Assembly: GCF_041146345.1 (NCBI RefSeq)
Contig: NW_027191411.1
Span: 1,674,001-1,738,000, forward strand
Reading direction: 5' to 3'
Length of the DNA: 64,000 bases
Origin: Neodothiora populina
Lineage: Eukaryota
In this document: piece after piece, positions 38,701-51,377 of the stretch
Position numbering within the stretch: position 1 is the stretch's first letter
Layout: each line of letters begins with the position of its first letter
Program-made: the position numbers and the translations under genes
The notes under the pieces: generated by a model
Seen by the model: the letters and a program-made list of their open reading frames with translations, nothing else
Database searches by the model: none
What the model was told of the DNA's origin: nothing

Positions 38701-41700
38701 TCTGAGTTCCCTGCCAAGCAGCTCCAGAAGGCCTTCGCAAAGTTCCTCGACGAGAGCGTCGAGGCCAGCGACGTCGACATTCTCCGCGCCGGTCTCGCTC
38801 CTTTGCTCGACGTCATGAACAAGTACGTTGACGGCCTCAAGGCACACGAGTTCGCCGTCATGGCGGAGATCTTCAAGAGATACTGTGATGTCGAGTCTCT
38901 CTTCGCCACCAGATCAAGCCGCGACGAAGAGGTCGTACTCGCTCTTCGTGACCAGAACAAGACCGATCTAATGTCTGTTGTGCACACTGTCCTCTCCCAC
39001 ACAAGAGTCAGTGCCAAGAACAATCTCATCACCTCCATCATTGATGCCTACCGACCAAACAAGCCTGGTGTCGGCAACGTCGCCAAGTACCTGCGCTCGT
39101 CACTGCGCCAGCTTGCCGAGCTCGAGTCTAGACCGACAGCCAAGGTCTCCCTCAAGGCACGCGAAGTCCTCATTCAGTGCGCCATGCCTTCTCTTGAGGA
39201 GCGTACTTCCCAGATGGAGCACATCCTCCGCTCTTCCGTCCTCGAGTCGCGATACGGAGAGGCTGGTTGGGATCACCGTGAGCCCAACTTCGACATCATC
39301 AAGGAGGTTGTCGATTCCAAGTATACCGTCTTCGACGTGCTGCCGGCTTTCTTTGTCCACTCGGACCCGTATGTGGCATTGGCTGCTTTGGAAGTCTACA
39401 CTCGCCGCGCTTACCGTGCCTACCAACTGAAGCACATTGAATATATCACTGACCACGATGTTCCTTATGTGCTAGCATGGGACTTTGCATTGCGCAAGGT
39501 TGGTCAGTCCGAGTTCGGTCTGCCTATCGAGTCGTCTCACCCTTCCACCCCTGGCACGCCGGCTGGAAACTTTGGCCGTGTTCACTCTATTAGTGACATG
39601 AGCTACCTCGCCAGCCGCACCGAGTCTGAGCCCACTCGCAAGGGTGCAGTCATTCCCGTGCAATACATTGACGAGGTTGAGGAGTACCTCAGCAAGGCTC
39701 TTGAAGTCTTCAAGCTTGCAGGTGGCCACGGTGGCAAGCAGCGCACTTCGAGCTCCGGATCTGGTCTCATGGCCGATCTGTCCAAGTCACGCAAGCCTGT
39801 TGCACCCAAGCTCGACAGCACCGACGAGCTCAGCGGTGTCTGCAACGTCGCCATAAAGGACGCTGAGAGCACCAACGACTTTGAGATTCTCAGCCGTATC
39901 AACCCGATCGTTGCCGAGTACAAGGAGGAGCTCCTCGCTCGCCGTATCCGTCGTCTGACATTCATCTGCGGTCACAAGGATGGTACTTACCCTGGCTACT
40001 ACACTTTCCGTGGACCCAACTACGAGGAAGACACCAGTATTCGTCACATCGAGCCTGCTCTTGCCTTCCAGCTCGAGCTTGGCCGTCTCTCCAAGTTCAA
40101 CATCAAGCCCGTGTTCACCGAGAACCGCAACATCCACATCTACGAGGCTGTTGGAAAGGGAGCCGAGAACGACAAGCGCTACTTCACCCGCGCTGTCGTC
40201 AGACCTGGTCGTCTCAGAGAGGACATCTCTACTGTCGAGTACATGATCTCCGAGGCCGACAGGTTGATGACTGATATCATGGATGCACTTGAGATCATTG
40301 GTAACAACAACTCTGATCTCAACCACATCTTCATCAACTTCTCTGCCATCTTCCCGTTGGAGCCAGCCGAAGTCCAGGAGGCTCTTGGAGGTTTCCTCGA
40401 CAGATTCGGTCGTCGCGCATGGCGTCTCCGTGTCACCACCGTCGAGGTCCGCATCATCTGCACCAACCCCGCCACTGGCGAGCCTTACCCTCTCCGCGTC
40501 ATCATCAATAACACCTCTGGCTACATCATCCAGGTTGAGCTCTACGCCGAGCACAAGACTGAGAAAGGCGAGTGGGTCTTCCAGAGCATCGGTGGCACCA
40601 CCAAGATCGGCTCGATGCACTTGCGTCCCGTGTCCGCGCCCTACACCACCAAGGGGGCTCTCCAGCCCAAGCGTTACAAGGCTCACATCATGGGCACTCA
40701 ATACGTTTATGACTTCCCCGAGCTCTTCAGACAAGCCATTGAGAACAGCTGGAACCAGGTCGTCACACAGCACCCTCACCTCAAGGACAAGCAACCTTCT
40801 CAGGGCGACTGCATCGAGTACAACGAGCTTGTTCTTGATGATTCTGACAACCTTGCTGAGGTCAACCGTGACCCTGGAACCAACACTATTGGTATGGTAG
40901 GATGGATCATCACCGCTAAGACCCCCGAGTATCCCCGCGGCAGACGTTTCATCATTGTTGCAAACGACATCACCTTCAAGATTGGTTCTTTCGGTCCCCT
41001 GGAAGACAAGTTCTTCCACAAGTGCTCTCAATTGGCAAGACAATTGGGCATCCCCAGAATCTACCTTTCTGCCAACTCTGGTGCACGCATCGGCATGGCT
41101 GATGAGCTTATTCCTCACTTCTCCGTTGCATGGAGAGACGTCGCTCGCCCCGAGGCCGGCTTCGAGTACCTTTACCTTACTCCCGAGAAGAAGGCTCGTT
41201 TCGAGGATGGTGAGCTTAAGAACGTGATCACCAAAACGGTCGAGGTCGATGGCGAGACCAGACATGTCATCACTACCATTATTGGTGCCGAGGACGGTCT
41301 TGGTGTCGAGTGTCTCAAGGGATCTGGTCTCATCGCTGGTGAGACTGCTCGTGCCTACGAGGACATTTTCACCATTACTCTTGTCACTTGCCGTTCCGTT
41401 GGTATTGGTGCTTACCTTGTCCGTCTTGGACAGCGTGCTATTCAGGTCGAGGGCCAGCCTATTATCCTTACTGGTGCTCCTGCCATCAACAAGCTGCTTG
41501 GTCGTGAGGTCTACACCTCCAACTTGCAGCTCGGTGGCACCCAGATCATGTACAAGAACGGTGTTTCCCACATGACTGCTATCGATGACTTTGCCGGTGT
41601 TTCCAAGATTGTCAAGTGGATGTCGTTCGTCCCCGACAAGAAGGGTAACCCTGTTCCGATCTCTCCTTCTGCTGACAACTGGGATCGTGACATTACTTAT

Positions 41701-42970
41701 GTCCCACCTCAGAAGCAGCCTTACGATGTCAGATGGCTGATTGCCGGTAAGGACGAGGGTGACGGTTTTGAGTCTGGTCTGTTCGACAAGAACTCCTTCG
41801 AGGAGGCTCTTGGCGGCTGGGCTCGTACTGTCGTTGTCGGACGCGCTCGTCTTGGCGGTATCCCCGTCGGTGTCATTGCCGTCGAGACTCGCTCTGTTGA
41901 GAACATCACGCCTGCCGATCCTGCTAACCCTGACTCCATTGAGCAAGTCACCAACGAGGCTGGAGGTGTCTGGTACCCCAACTCTGCTTACAAGACTGCT
42001 CAAGCCATCCAAGATTTCAACAATGGTGAACAGCTGCCTCTCGTCATTCTCGCCAACTGGAGAGGTTTCTCGGGAGGTCAGAGGGATATGTACAACGAAG
42101 TCCTCAAGTACGGATCGTACATTGTCGATGCTCTGACCAAGTTTGAACAACCGGTCTTTGTTTACATTCCTCCCTTCGGAGAGCTTCGTGGTGGTTCATG
42201 GGTAAGTCTTTTCTTTTCCCTTTTCCTGTTCTTCATGAATGCTAATTGGAATCTAGGTCGTCGTCGATCCTACCATCAACCCTCAGATGATGGAGATGTA
42301 CGCAGACGAGGAGGCCCGTGGTGGTGTCCTCGAGCCTGAAGGTATTGTCGGCATCAAGTTCCGCAGGGAGAAGCAACTCGAAGTCATGGCTCGTCTTGAC
42401 CCAACCTACGGTGAACTCAAGGCCAAGATCTCCGACAAGTCGTTGAGTGCCGAGGAACTGGCAGAGGTCAAGGACAAGATGAACGAGCGCGAGCACCTTT
42501 TGTTGCCTGTGTACATGCAGATCTCGCTGCAGTACGCAGACTTGCACGATCGTGCCGGCCGTATGCAAGCCAAGGACACGATCCGCATGCCTCTGCAATG
42601 GCAAAACGCTCGCCGTTTCTTCTACTGGCGTCTGCGCCGTCGTTTGAACGAGGAGTACGTCCTCAAGCGTATGGCTCAGGCATCCTCCAAGGACCTGCAG
42701 TCTCGCACCACCAGCCTCAAGACCCTCGAGGCGTGGTCTGGCGTCCCCAAGTTCAGCACTGATGACATGAGCGTCGCTGTGTGGTACGAGGAGAACCGCA
42801 AGGACATTCACTCCAAGATCGAAGCCATCAAGTCTGACTCGATCGCTTACGATGTCGCTGCTCTCATGCGCAGCAACAAGGATGGTGGTCTCAAGGGCGT
42901 CGCCCAAGTCCTCAGCATGCTCCCCGTGGAAGAGAAGGAGGAGGTGCTCAAGTGGCTGGCCAAGGCTTAA
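35777..42970 (+). CDS. ACC1: Acetyl-CoA carboxylase; exons 35777-35977, 36065-36235, 36367-36461, 36534-42201, 42257-42970 (about 2282 aa)
   Basis: Biotin carboxylase motifs ([36 protein letters not shown]), biotinylation motif EVMKM and carboxyltransferase motifs (ANWRGFSGG). An alternative in-frame ATG lies at 35795. Confidence 0.98.
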
Positions 42971-43967
42971 AGGGCCCACGGCTAATGTAGAGCATACAAT
43001 GAACGGGGCAGGGCGCGCTTTGCAACTCACACACATACATGTATTATGGCGTTTACTTCTCCGAATGTCTTAGTCACATATTGCATTTGGATTTTGCATG
43101 GATTTTGCTCCCGGTTTCAACGACGGCGGCGGCGGGCGTGGCGGTTGGGAAGGAAGGACACAAAAAACCAATGGCGGAAACTCAGACGACGGACGACTGG
43201 CTGACTGACGGACGGATGGGGACCGGGATTGGAACGAGGACGCAGGAGGAGTGTCAGGATTTCTCTCTGGTTCTTTTGTTCCAGTAGCATATTGGTTTTC
43301 TTTTATTAATCGATTATTTATACTTTTGTACATTTCTCTTTGCTTTTCTTCCATTTGAATATTTGTTGCAGCCAGACGAAAAGACAAGACATGCTTTCGT
43401 TTTCGTCCTATGCAGGCAGTAGATGCAAAGAATACATAACCATCTCGACTCTTTCATACTCAGATACCTATTCTACCCTCAGAGTTTGTTCTACTCCCTT
43501 CTTCTTCTCTTTCTTTTTCGTCCCCTAGTTTCCTCCTGGCTGTGCCTGGAACAAGGACTTATATAGATGTTCCTGGAACACGAGGATGTCTCTATCCTGC
43601 CAGGTAGGAACATGAGGATAGGGAATAAAGGTTCATGGCATGATATGCTATGCTATGTCGTATACCATACTTATTATCTCCTCTCGCTGTCCTCACGGCT
43701 AGGGGTGGCAGAAGGGACTGATATGGGGTGTTTGTTGGGTGCTTTCCTGTGTCAAAAAGAACATCGGTGAGATGTGTTCATGATGTGCTGTACACTATGC
43801 TATGCCATAGCATGTCTCTATTCTTCGGCCATTTCGTTTCGTTGTTCTTTACGAATCGTCTCACTGCCGACCGCTTTCGTTTTCATTATTCTTCTGATTG
43901 TGAGGTTATTCTGCCGACCTCTTTCCTCTTCTATTTTCATGTACTGGATTGTACTCTGTCTCTCTCT

Positions 43968-44954
43968 TCACGTGAAGTGACTCTCGACATGTCTCGAGAC
44001 AGCCACTTCGTCGCCCTCGAACACTCCGCACACAGGACATGTCGCAGTAGCAGTACCACTACCAGTCCCTGACCCAGCAGCAGCAGCAGACTCGACAACC
44101 CGCTCGCCTCGTTCTTCTCTCTCACACGCTCCTTCACCACCACCAGCCGCAGCAACGCCACCTTTCCTCTTCCCCTTCTTGATTCTAGCAGGTTTCGCAA
44201 AAGCCAACAGATCCATGGTCTCAGTCGCGCCATCAGATCCGAAGCCACTAGCGTCGTGCCCATCGAGTCGCACATCGGAGTATCTGGACCCGAGTCTTTC
44301 CGATCTATACCCTCCGGCCCCTCTACCTCCTTCTCGTCCCGTTGATGCTGCTACTGCTGCTGTTGATGCTGCTGATGCTGGGATCGTATTAACGCCAGAA
44401 AGCGCCGCACCGCCACGCCCCTGCCCACCGCGCATACGATCTGGCCCTCGCCCTCGACTCTGGATCTCTAGATCCCGCGCGATTTCCTCGGGGGTGCTCT
44501 GCACTCGCCCTTGCCCTGCTCTCCCTGTCGCTCCTCCAGCAGCCGCAGCAGCAGAAGAAGAAGAAGAAGAAGAAGAAGGAAAAGCGCCCTGCACGCGTCC
44601 AATCCGCCCATCGCTAAGCCGCACTTTGATGCCGCGCGGATGATTCCCCCGCGTCAGCACGTCTTGCACGACGCCTGATACTTGGCGGTTGGTGCGTTGG
44701 TCTGCTTTCAGGACTATGCTGACGTGCGCGCCGGGGTGGACTTGGGTTGTTGATGGTGGGGGCATTTTGGGGGCGGGGGTTCTTTTGTTGGGTTTGGGAT
44801 TTTGTTGAAAGGGGATGGTGGAATGGCTGTGGTAGGGTGTTTTAAGGATGAGAGGTTGGAGTAGAGATTGAGAAGTGCAGGGGAGAAATCTGGATTGGTG
44901 GATGAAGGTTCGTTGGAGAGTCGAGAGACGCTGGATGGGATGGGAGCTGGGCAT
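43968..44954 (-). CDS. YwbE/DUF2196-like domain protein with a C-terminal UBZ-like zinc finger (265 aa from ATG 44765; 328 aa from ATG 44954)
   Basis: The segment PGAHVSIVLKADQRTNRQVSGVVQDVLTRGNHPRGIKVRLSDGRIGRVQ matches the YwbE family pattern. A G/R/A-rich linker leads to C-terminal CPVC-x12-H-x3-H. Confidence 0.85.
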   Translation of the reverse strand: MPSSHPIQRLSTLQRTFIHQSRFLPCTSQSLLQPLILKTPYHSHSTIPFQQNPKPNKRTPAPKMPPPSTTQVHPGAHVSIVLKADQRTNRQVSGVVQDVLTRGNHPRGIKVRLSDGRIGRVQGAFPSSSSSSSSAAAAAGGATGRAGQGRVQSTPEEIARDLEIQSRGRGPDRMRGGQGRGGAALSGVNTIPASAASTAAVAASTGREGGRGAGGYRSERLGSRYSDVRLDGHDASGFGSDGATETMDLLAFAKPARIKKGKRKGGVAAAGGGEGACEREERGERVVESAAAAGSGTGSGTATATCPVCGVFEGDEVAVSRHVESHFT

Positions 44955-45229
44955 CTAAGTGCCTGATTATTTCTTTCTTCTTTTTCGTCTTCTCTGAGAT
45001 CTTTCTTCGCTCTTCCCTTGGTCTGCTTCTATAGCATAAGCCAGAATCTGAATGTATCTAGTCCCGTCTATACCAGCATATATTTTGCTCGACAGGTATA
45101 CGAGTACCCCAAATCCGTCAGTATCTTGACAGAAATATCTCAAGCTCCCTTTGATACGACGTCTCCCAGCTGTTGAGGAAAATAGGTAAATAATACTTCG
45201 CTTAGGTGATTGTGAGTCCTTGTTGTTAC

Positions 45230-45230
<1 letters not shown>

Positions 45231-45269
<39 letters not shown>

Positions 45270-45270
45270 G
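45231..45270. repeat. (GTT)13 microsatellite, intergenic
   Basis: Directly visible. Confidence 0.95.
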
Positions 45271-45736
45271 CTGCTCTCTGTCTCTTTTTTAGGCCGATTC
45301 AGGTGGCGAGTTAATCAATGGCTCTATGTATGGGGGAGTTTCTAGGGTGAGTAGGTAGCCGAGAGTCGTCGGCTTTGATTGGCTCGTGCGTTGGACTTCA
45401 CGTCGTGCTAGCAGTACAAGCGAGACACGGTATGTATTAGTCGAGTCTGTCGTATAAAAGACAGACATGATTTGGTGGCTATATGGCGCTGGAATGACTG
45501 ACATGACTATGTATGCAATAGAGGGGATAGGCTACTTGTCGTTGTTGCTATAGTGTTCTCGTCCTTTTTATCTTTCTCGATTTTCCAAGACCCGTCTGTG
45601 GGTGTACAGAAACAAAGACTCGTCTATGTCTCATCTCGCATTCGCTCTTCATACACCACTCGTCTATGCTCCCAATGTCACACCATTCAGGTGTCTCTTC
45701 TCTATCCTCTTTCCCCATGATCAACCCCACAGAACC

Positions 45737-48700
45737 TCAGAGATATCCCAGCCCCCTACCCACCAACTCCTCCAAATCCCTCCTCCACCCTATCCTCGCA
45801 CCCTCACCATCACCACCACCTGACCCGTCCCCTTCATCATCAACATCATCATACCCGACCCTCCCCAACACCTCGGCCCGTTTCCCCGCGCCCAACTCGC
45901 CGATGCGAACAATCAAATCGCCGTCGACGACACTTCTCGACCCTATAGATCCTGCACCACCGCCGACGTCGCTGTTAGACCCGCTGGTGCTTTCGACGGC
46001 ACGGTAGGCGCGCGGGTTAAGGCCTAGTGGATGCTCGAGAATTGAAGAGAGGGTTGTCTGTAGAGCGGATAGACGGCGGTAGAGGGGTTCAGGGAGGGGA
46101 GTCAGGAGGGATAGAGAGCCTGACAGTGAAGAGATCAGGATGTGGTGGTTTGGTGCTGCTGCGGACTGGTTTTGCTGCTGTTGGGGGTCTGGAGACGAGG
46201 AGGAGCGAGAGTCGTGGTCCGGCATTTGTGTGTCTTCTTGATCGGCTTGAATGGAAGAAGAGGATAGAGTCGAGGGCAGCAACAGAGTCTTTGTTGGCAG
46301 GTGGCCGGTGTGGAATGTGCTGCGGTGTAGGAGACGTTGGCCTGCTAATGATTTGGGATCTGGAGGCTTTTGTTAGTCCGGTGGTTCCGTGGAAGAGAAA
46401 GAAAAGCACATACGCTCAGGATCGTACTGCAACACATGCATATCCATGTTCGCGTCAATCACAACCAGATACAGTTGGCCTTCAAATGGCAGAAAGTCCG
46501 CTTCAACAACCTCCATGTGCGATCGGGACTTGCCAAAAAGTGAGATCCTGTATGGTTCCTCCTGCAGATTCAAGTTAGCCAAGTCCCCTCGAAGTCAAGT
46601 AGCAGACCAACATACCCCGAAACCACCAAACCACACGCCCTTCCATGCATCAGCTGCTAACCACAACTTGGTATTGCCGAGCGTCTTCAACGAGGCCATG
46701 TAGCACTGTGCGTCGAGGAATGCCACCGGGAGACAAGAACCGTCTTCGCGAAGTCCGCGGATCATCATTTTTTGACCTGTGACACAATATCAACCAGTTA
46801 TTCGCTGTATCACCTCCAACACACTTACCTTGAGCAGTCCCCACCAAGCCAGCAATTCCCATTATAGCAGTGATACCGCCTTTGGTATCTTCTCTGCCCC
46901 GTTGATGGAGCTTCTTCCCCGTCTCGGGCTTGTCGGGCTCGGGCACAACGTCTACAACGTCGAGAGTGTAAAGCGCGCCTCTAGCGGCATAGTTCTCGCC
47001 TCGCTCGGAGATTGTGCCTACTGCGACCAGTAACTTATGCTTGTGAGTAACTTCTGAGATCTCCAAGGGCATGACCTCCATGGATGTGACGATCTCGTAA
47101 GCCGGCAAAGGCATCGTTGATACGACCAAGTTGACGTGTGGGTTGTACAGGTGTACGTAGAATCGAGATGCCTTTGGTCGGAGGGTGATTTCTGTAGCAT
47201 AGGTCAACATCCAGACATTCAAAATTGGCGTAGTACATTTTGTACTTACCTTCTTCAGCAGCTGGATGTCTCGGATCGTCGTCTGGTGCCACAAAGTCGA
47301 CCAACTCACGAGTCACCACCACATAGAGATCTGCTTCGGTGTGATACGCAACATGACGGATCTCATGATCAGCAGAGAACGGAGAATGTTTGACCACAGT
47401 CCAGCCATTTGCACAAAATTGCGCGTTAGCTGGCAGCTGTGCTTCATGCAAGCTACCCGATTGATCAACGTATGCAAACCCTGCCTCACGGTGTCTACTG
47501 TTGAGGCCGCAGAGTCCTCTAACACCCTTGCCTCGTAGAGGAACTACATGCGGCAAACTCGAAGCATTTCTCATCACGAAAGAAGAAGATGCGCCGGGCA
47601 AAAACACAGTAGCATAACCGCCCACGTTGGGCAGCGCACGCATTGCACCTGCCTTCGCCAACGACTCGTCTGTGTTGTACTTGGGTAGCTGCAATCCCGG
47701 CACCTTACGGAAGCGTAGATTGGTTGTAAACGGCGTTGGTGGGGTGTCTGGGTGACGGAAAGGCTCATAGATGGTGAGATCATCAGTGGCGGAACGGAGC
47801 TGGGACTTGTCAGTATCGAACATGTCGTGCCGGCCACAGGTAAAGCTTCTCACGATCAGATAGGGCGACTTGAATGTCGCATCACCAAGGTCGGCAAACA
47901 CAAGCTCTTTCAGCGTAGCCTTTCCTGTAGCGCGGCGTGGTGTGTTATCTGTCGACAAGACAGGTGGCAAGAAAGAAAGCTGTGGAGCAGAGTATATCGG
48001 CTGATCCAGATTAGGTAACTCGTATATCTATAGAAGTCAGTATGCTTCAAGTCTCATCTCTGTGTGAACCGTACCTTGAGACTGCCATCGTCTCCCAACA
48101 GGAAAGCAAGAGGAACATGATTGGTCATCTCGGACTGATACAGGCTTCCAGAAAGCCACTTCTGCTCGAGCACAGCATCGCCTCGTTCGACCTCATCCAG
48201 ATCACCACTCTTGTCCACTGCCAGGACCTGCAAGCTCAAATCTTGTCGAATGATGAGAAGGTATGGATCACAGAAAGATGTGTGCAGGACGGCAATCTCT
48301 TCGTCGGTGGCCTCATTTAAAATCGGGTAGATCTGAGAGAGACCGAGATCTGTAGCACATTATAGTCAGTTATTCGAACCATATTAAGCTAGTGGATGGC
48401 ATGCGAAACTATAGAAAACACACGGAGAGCGGGAGATGAACAGATGTTAGGAACAGAAAAATTGGCATTGGTGGGTTACTGCATAATTGCTGATGATACA
48501 TCTTGTCATGTCTGCAAATCTCGAATCGCCACCTGCAATTCTCATCCCGACACCAATAGCCCAGTCGCAGGCTTAAAACAAGAACTGCGGTGCAATCCAA
48601 GGAAGGGGCGAAAGACTTACCGGCGTCATAGGTCCTTACTTCATGCTTCCTCACCTGTACTATTCGTGTGCCTGATGCTAGCATTCCAACATCCAAAGTC

Positions 48701-50673
48701 TCTGCATCGCCTTCGAACTCGGTACCGGTAACTGCGGTGTATTTGGTAGGGCTATCTTCCCCTTGAGTTTCGGTGACCGTATTATCGATCTGGAAGACCT
48801 TAGAGATTCCTTCGCCATTCTCATCAATGTTGGATGTGATAAGGTACTGATCATATAGGTTGTCAGCAGCGAGTTGAGACTCGGGGTTCTGTTCGCCTTT
48901 CTGCGGCTTGGGTAGTCCCCTCGGCGATGCGTGCTTAGCGCATGCGCTCCATACATATTGGACCTGGGCAATGTTAATAGACCGGCTAGGATGCGGTGTT
49001 AGCTCACGGTTGATCTTCGCAAGTCTTGAACAGCGTGAACGGCCGACCGCCGCCAGAATCGTCAGAGAAGGAGCATCGTCCTGTAATGAAGACTGCGCTT
49101 TGCCGACGCACATGTCCATGATCGGTGCAATGCTGAACAATGAATCATGAATGCGGAAGGCGTAGCTACCAGGTGCGCTTGGTTCAGCTGCAGCGGAAGT
49201 CTGCTTAGCAGCCGGTGTCTCGTCAGCATACAGATCATCGTCCGCGTCATCGAGGTCTTCCTCATCAAGCTCGATTTCAGCCTCTTCAGCCAACATTTGC
49301 GCATGACTCCGCTTGCGAGAAGACTGAGCCGATTTCTTGAACCAGCCTAAAAGCAGCGAATCCCCGTCTTCACTGCCAATGAAGATCTTCCCACGACCGA
49401 GACCCGCAACACAGCTTGCAGTGGAGTTGATGATGTTGCCACCATAAAAGTCATCAACCAAACGCAATGAAAGTCCAGACATAGAGCGTCCGTCCAAGTG
49501 GAAGCTCAGGATAGCGATCTCACCAGACTTCAGAACGACCATCATGTCGGCGTTTGCAGGATCTAATGGCTCGATCTGGCATGCTTCTAGACGCAAGCCC
49601 AAATCAGATTGGTCGGACATTGGAAAGTCGGAGCAAAGGCGAGCGAACTCATTGACCGCAACCGCTACTGTCTTGCCTGACTGATCTACATGGACCATCT
49701 CGTTGGCACCGACCAGTAGCGCGCCACCTACTGGTAAGGGTAGGGGGATCACGCGAAAAATGTCGAATGGCAAGCCTGAAACCGACAGCAATGCCGTAGA
49801 CGCACGCTGCTCCAGGTCCAAGGTGAAGACAGTGTATGTGAGCAGATCCTTACGCTCATCCAAAACAGCGTGGCTGGCAGCCTTGTTTGCCGAGACAATA
49901 CCGAAAGTGGGCTCTCTGTATTCGTGCAGAAATGCCATATGCACAGGATGCGTGAGAGCTGGATCAATGGCCGTCAAAGGCAGCACAAAAGACGGCTTAT
50001 ATAGAGTCTCCGTATTGGCGCCAATGGCGTCTGCTTTCGATGCTGGCACTGGAGCTGGGGCAGGATCAAGATCAGGGTCATAGTCATCCCCCGCAAGTTC
50101 ATCTCCAGGTTGGCGGAACGGGAGAATAGCAAGATGTCTGACACCGAGCCTCAAAGCGGCGCAGCGACTGCTCGGGTCAACAGTGAGGTATGTGTCGCAG
50201 TCTCCGAGGCCTGGCCCGAATGGCTGTGATTGTATCTTGTCTCCTTCGTAGTAATGAATGGAAATGGTTGCAATCCTGTAGTTCTCAGGATCCCAATCCA
50301 CCAGACTGACTTTTGCATCTTTGGTGGCAACTAGCAGCGCCTCCCCTCCGGTCTTGGTGCTCAATGTCCTGACTCTGGCGAGTGAAGTGATGGTTCCAGA
50401 AAGGGGATATTCTCCGATCAGGACAAGCTTGGTCGTGTTTTCCGTCCGGTGAAAGGCGTCCTGTCCTTCTACAGAGTGTTTCTCTTTCTCATCCTTCTGC
50501 TCCTTTTCTTTGCCTGCTACCCTGCTCACATCCGTTGTGATGGTCTTGAGCTCGAATACCTGGAGCACTGAGGCTTTGGCGACCACCAAGTTATTCGCGC
50601 CTGCATGGAGAAATGGCAATGACACAGCATGTGTCACCGCCGTCGGCGGCAATATCTCAGTGTAGCATTGCAT
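45737..50673 (-). CDS. CFT1: Cleavage and polyadenylation factor subunit Cft1 (CPSF160); exons 50673-48621, 48349-48075, 48027-47854, 47799-47250, 47191-46829, 46776-46616, 46561-46414, 46359-45737 (about 1448 aa)
   Basis: N-terminus [16 protein letters not shown]. Also [66 protein letters not shown] and GLNPRAYR. Seven GT..AG introns are phase-consistent. Confidence 0.95.
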
Positions 50674-51377
50674 TTTCGACACTCTACCTCATTGTCTAGG
50701 TTGAATAATCAAGGAAGCGACACACAGACAAGTGAGGTGATATGTAGGTATACTTGGAGATAAATTGATGGACACCCACAAGTTGCTTCAGGAAGTCGCG
50801 CGCGATGACGCCCGGCGGAGACAACCGCCGCTCCGATGCTGTTGCTGTACTTGTACCTGTTGGTGCACAGACTAAATGTGGTCTCGGTTCCAACAACACC
50901 TCTCGCTTCGAGATGAACACTTATCAGTGAAAGGTGTATAACCATTCATCTTGACTGCCAAATCGCCAATGAACACCTGAGAAACAATCGAGTAAGTAGA
51001 CATACAAATGTTGACGCTGCTCTTATATATCAGATAATGCCAAATCCAAAGACCAAGTGAGAACGCCTCAGCAAGCAATCCGCATGCTTGTATGCATAAA
51101 TGTACTAAGCGAGGAGATATTCTCTCGTCCATTGCAGACCCTAAACCTATGTGAAACAATAAAGGTAAACAGACATCTGCTCAGAAGACCAGCGCCTTGA
51201 GTAGTGTCAGCAAAAAAGAACAAATTAGGCTCGTCATCCGTTGGACCATGCATTCATGAACATGTTCACCCATTCAACCATCCAACCATCCATCCATAAC
51301 ATCCATACATCCACCGTCATCCGTCATGTTTGCCGTGATTAATAAGTAAATGAAAAACAGAACCCTTCAATCATTAT

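Noticed and set aside
39787..42150. 787-aa ORF antisense to ACC1, plus other long antisense ORFs over ACC1, NDUFS2 and MRPL25
   Set aside because: Same codon-bias shadow effect. Each essentially overlaps a conserved gene on the opposite strand.
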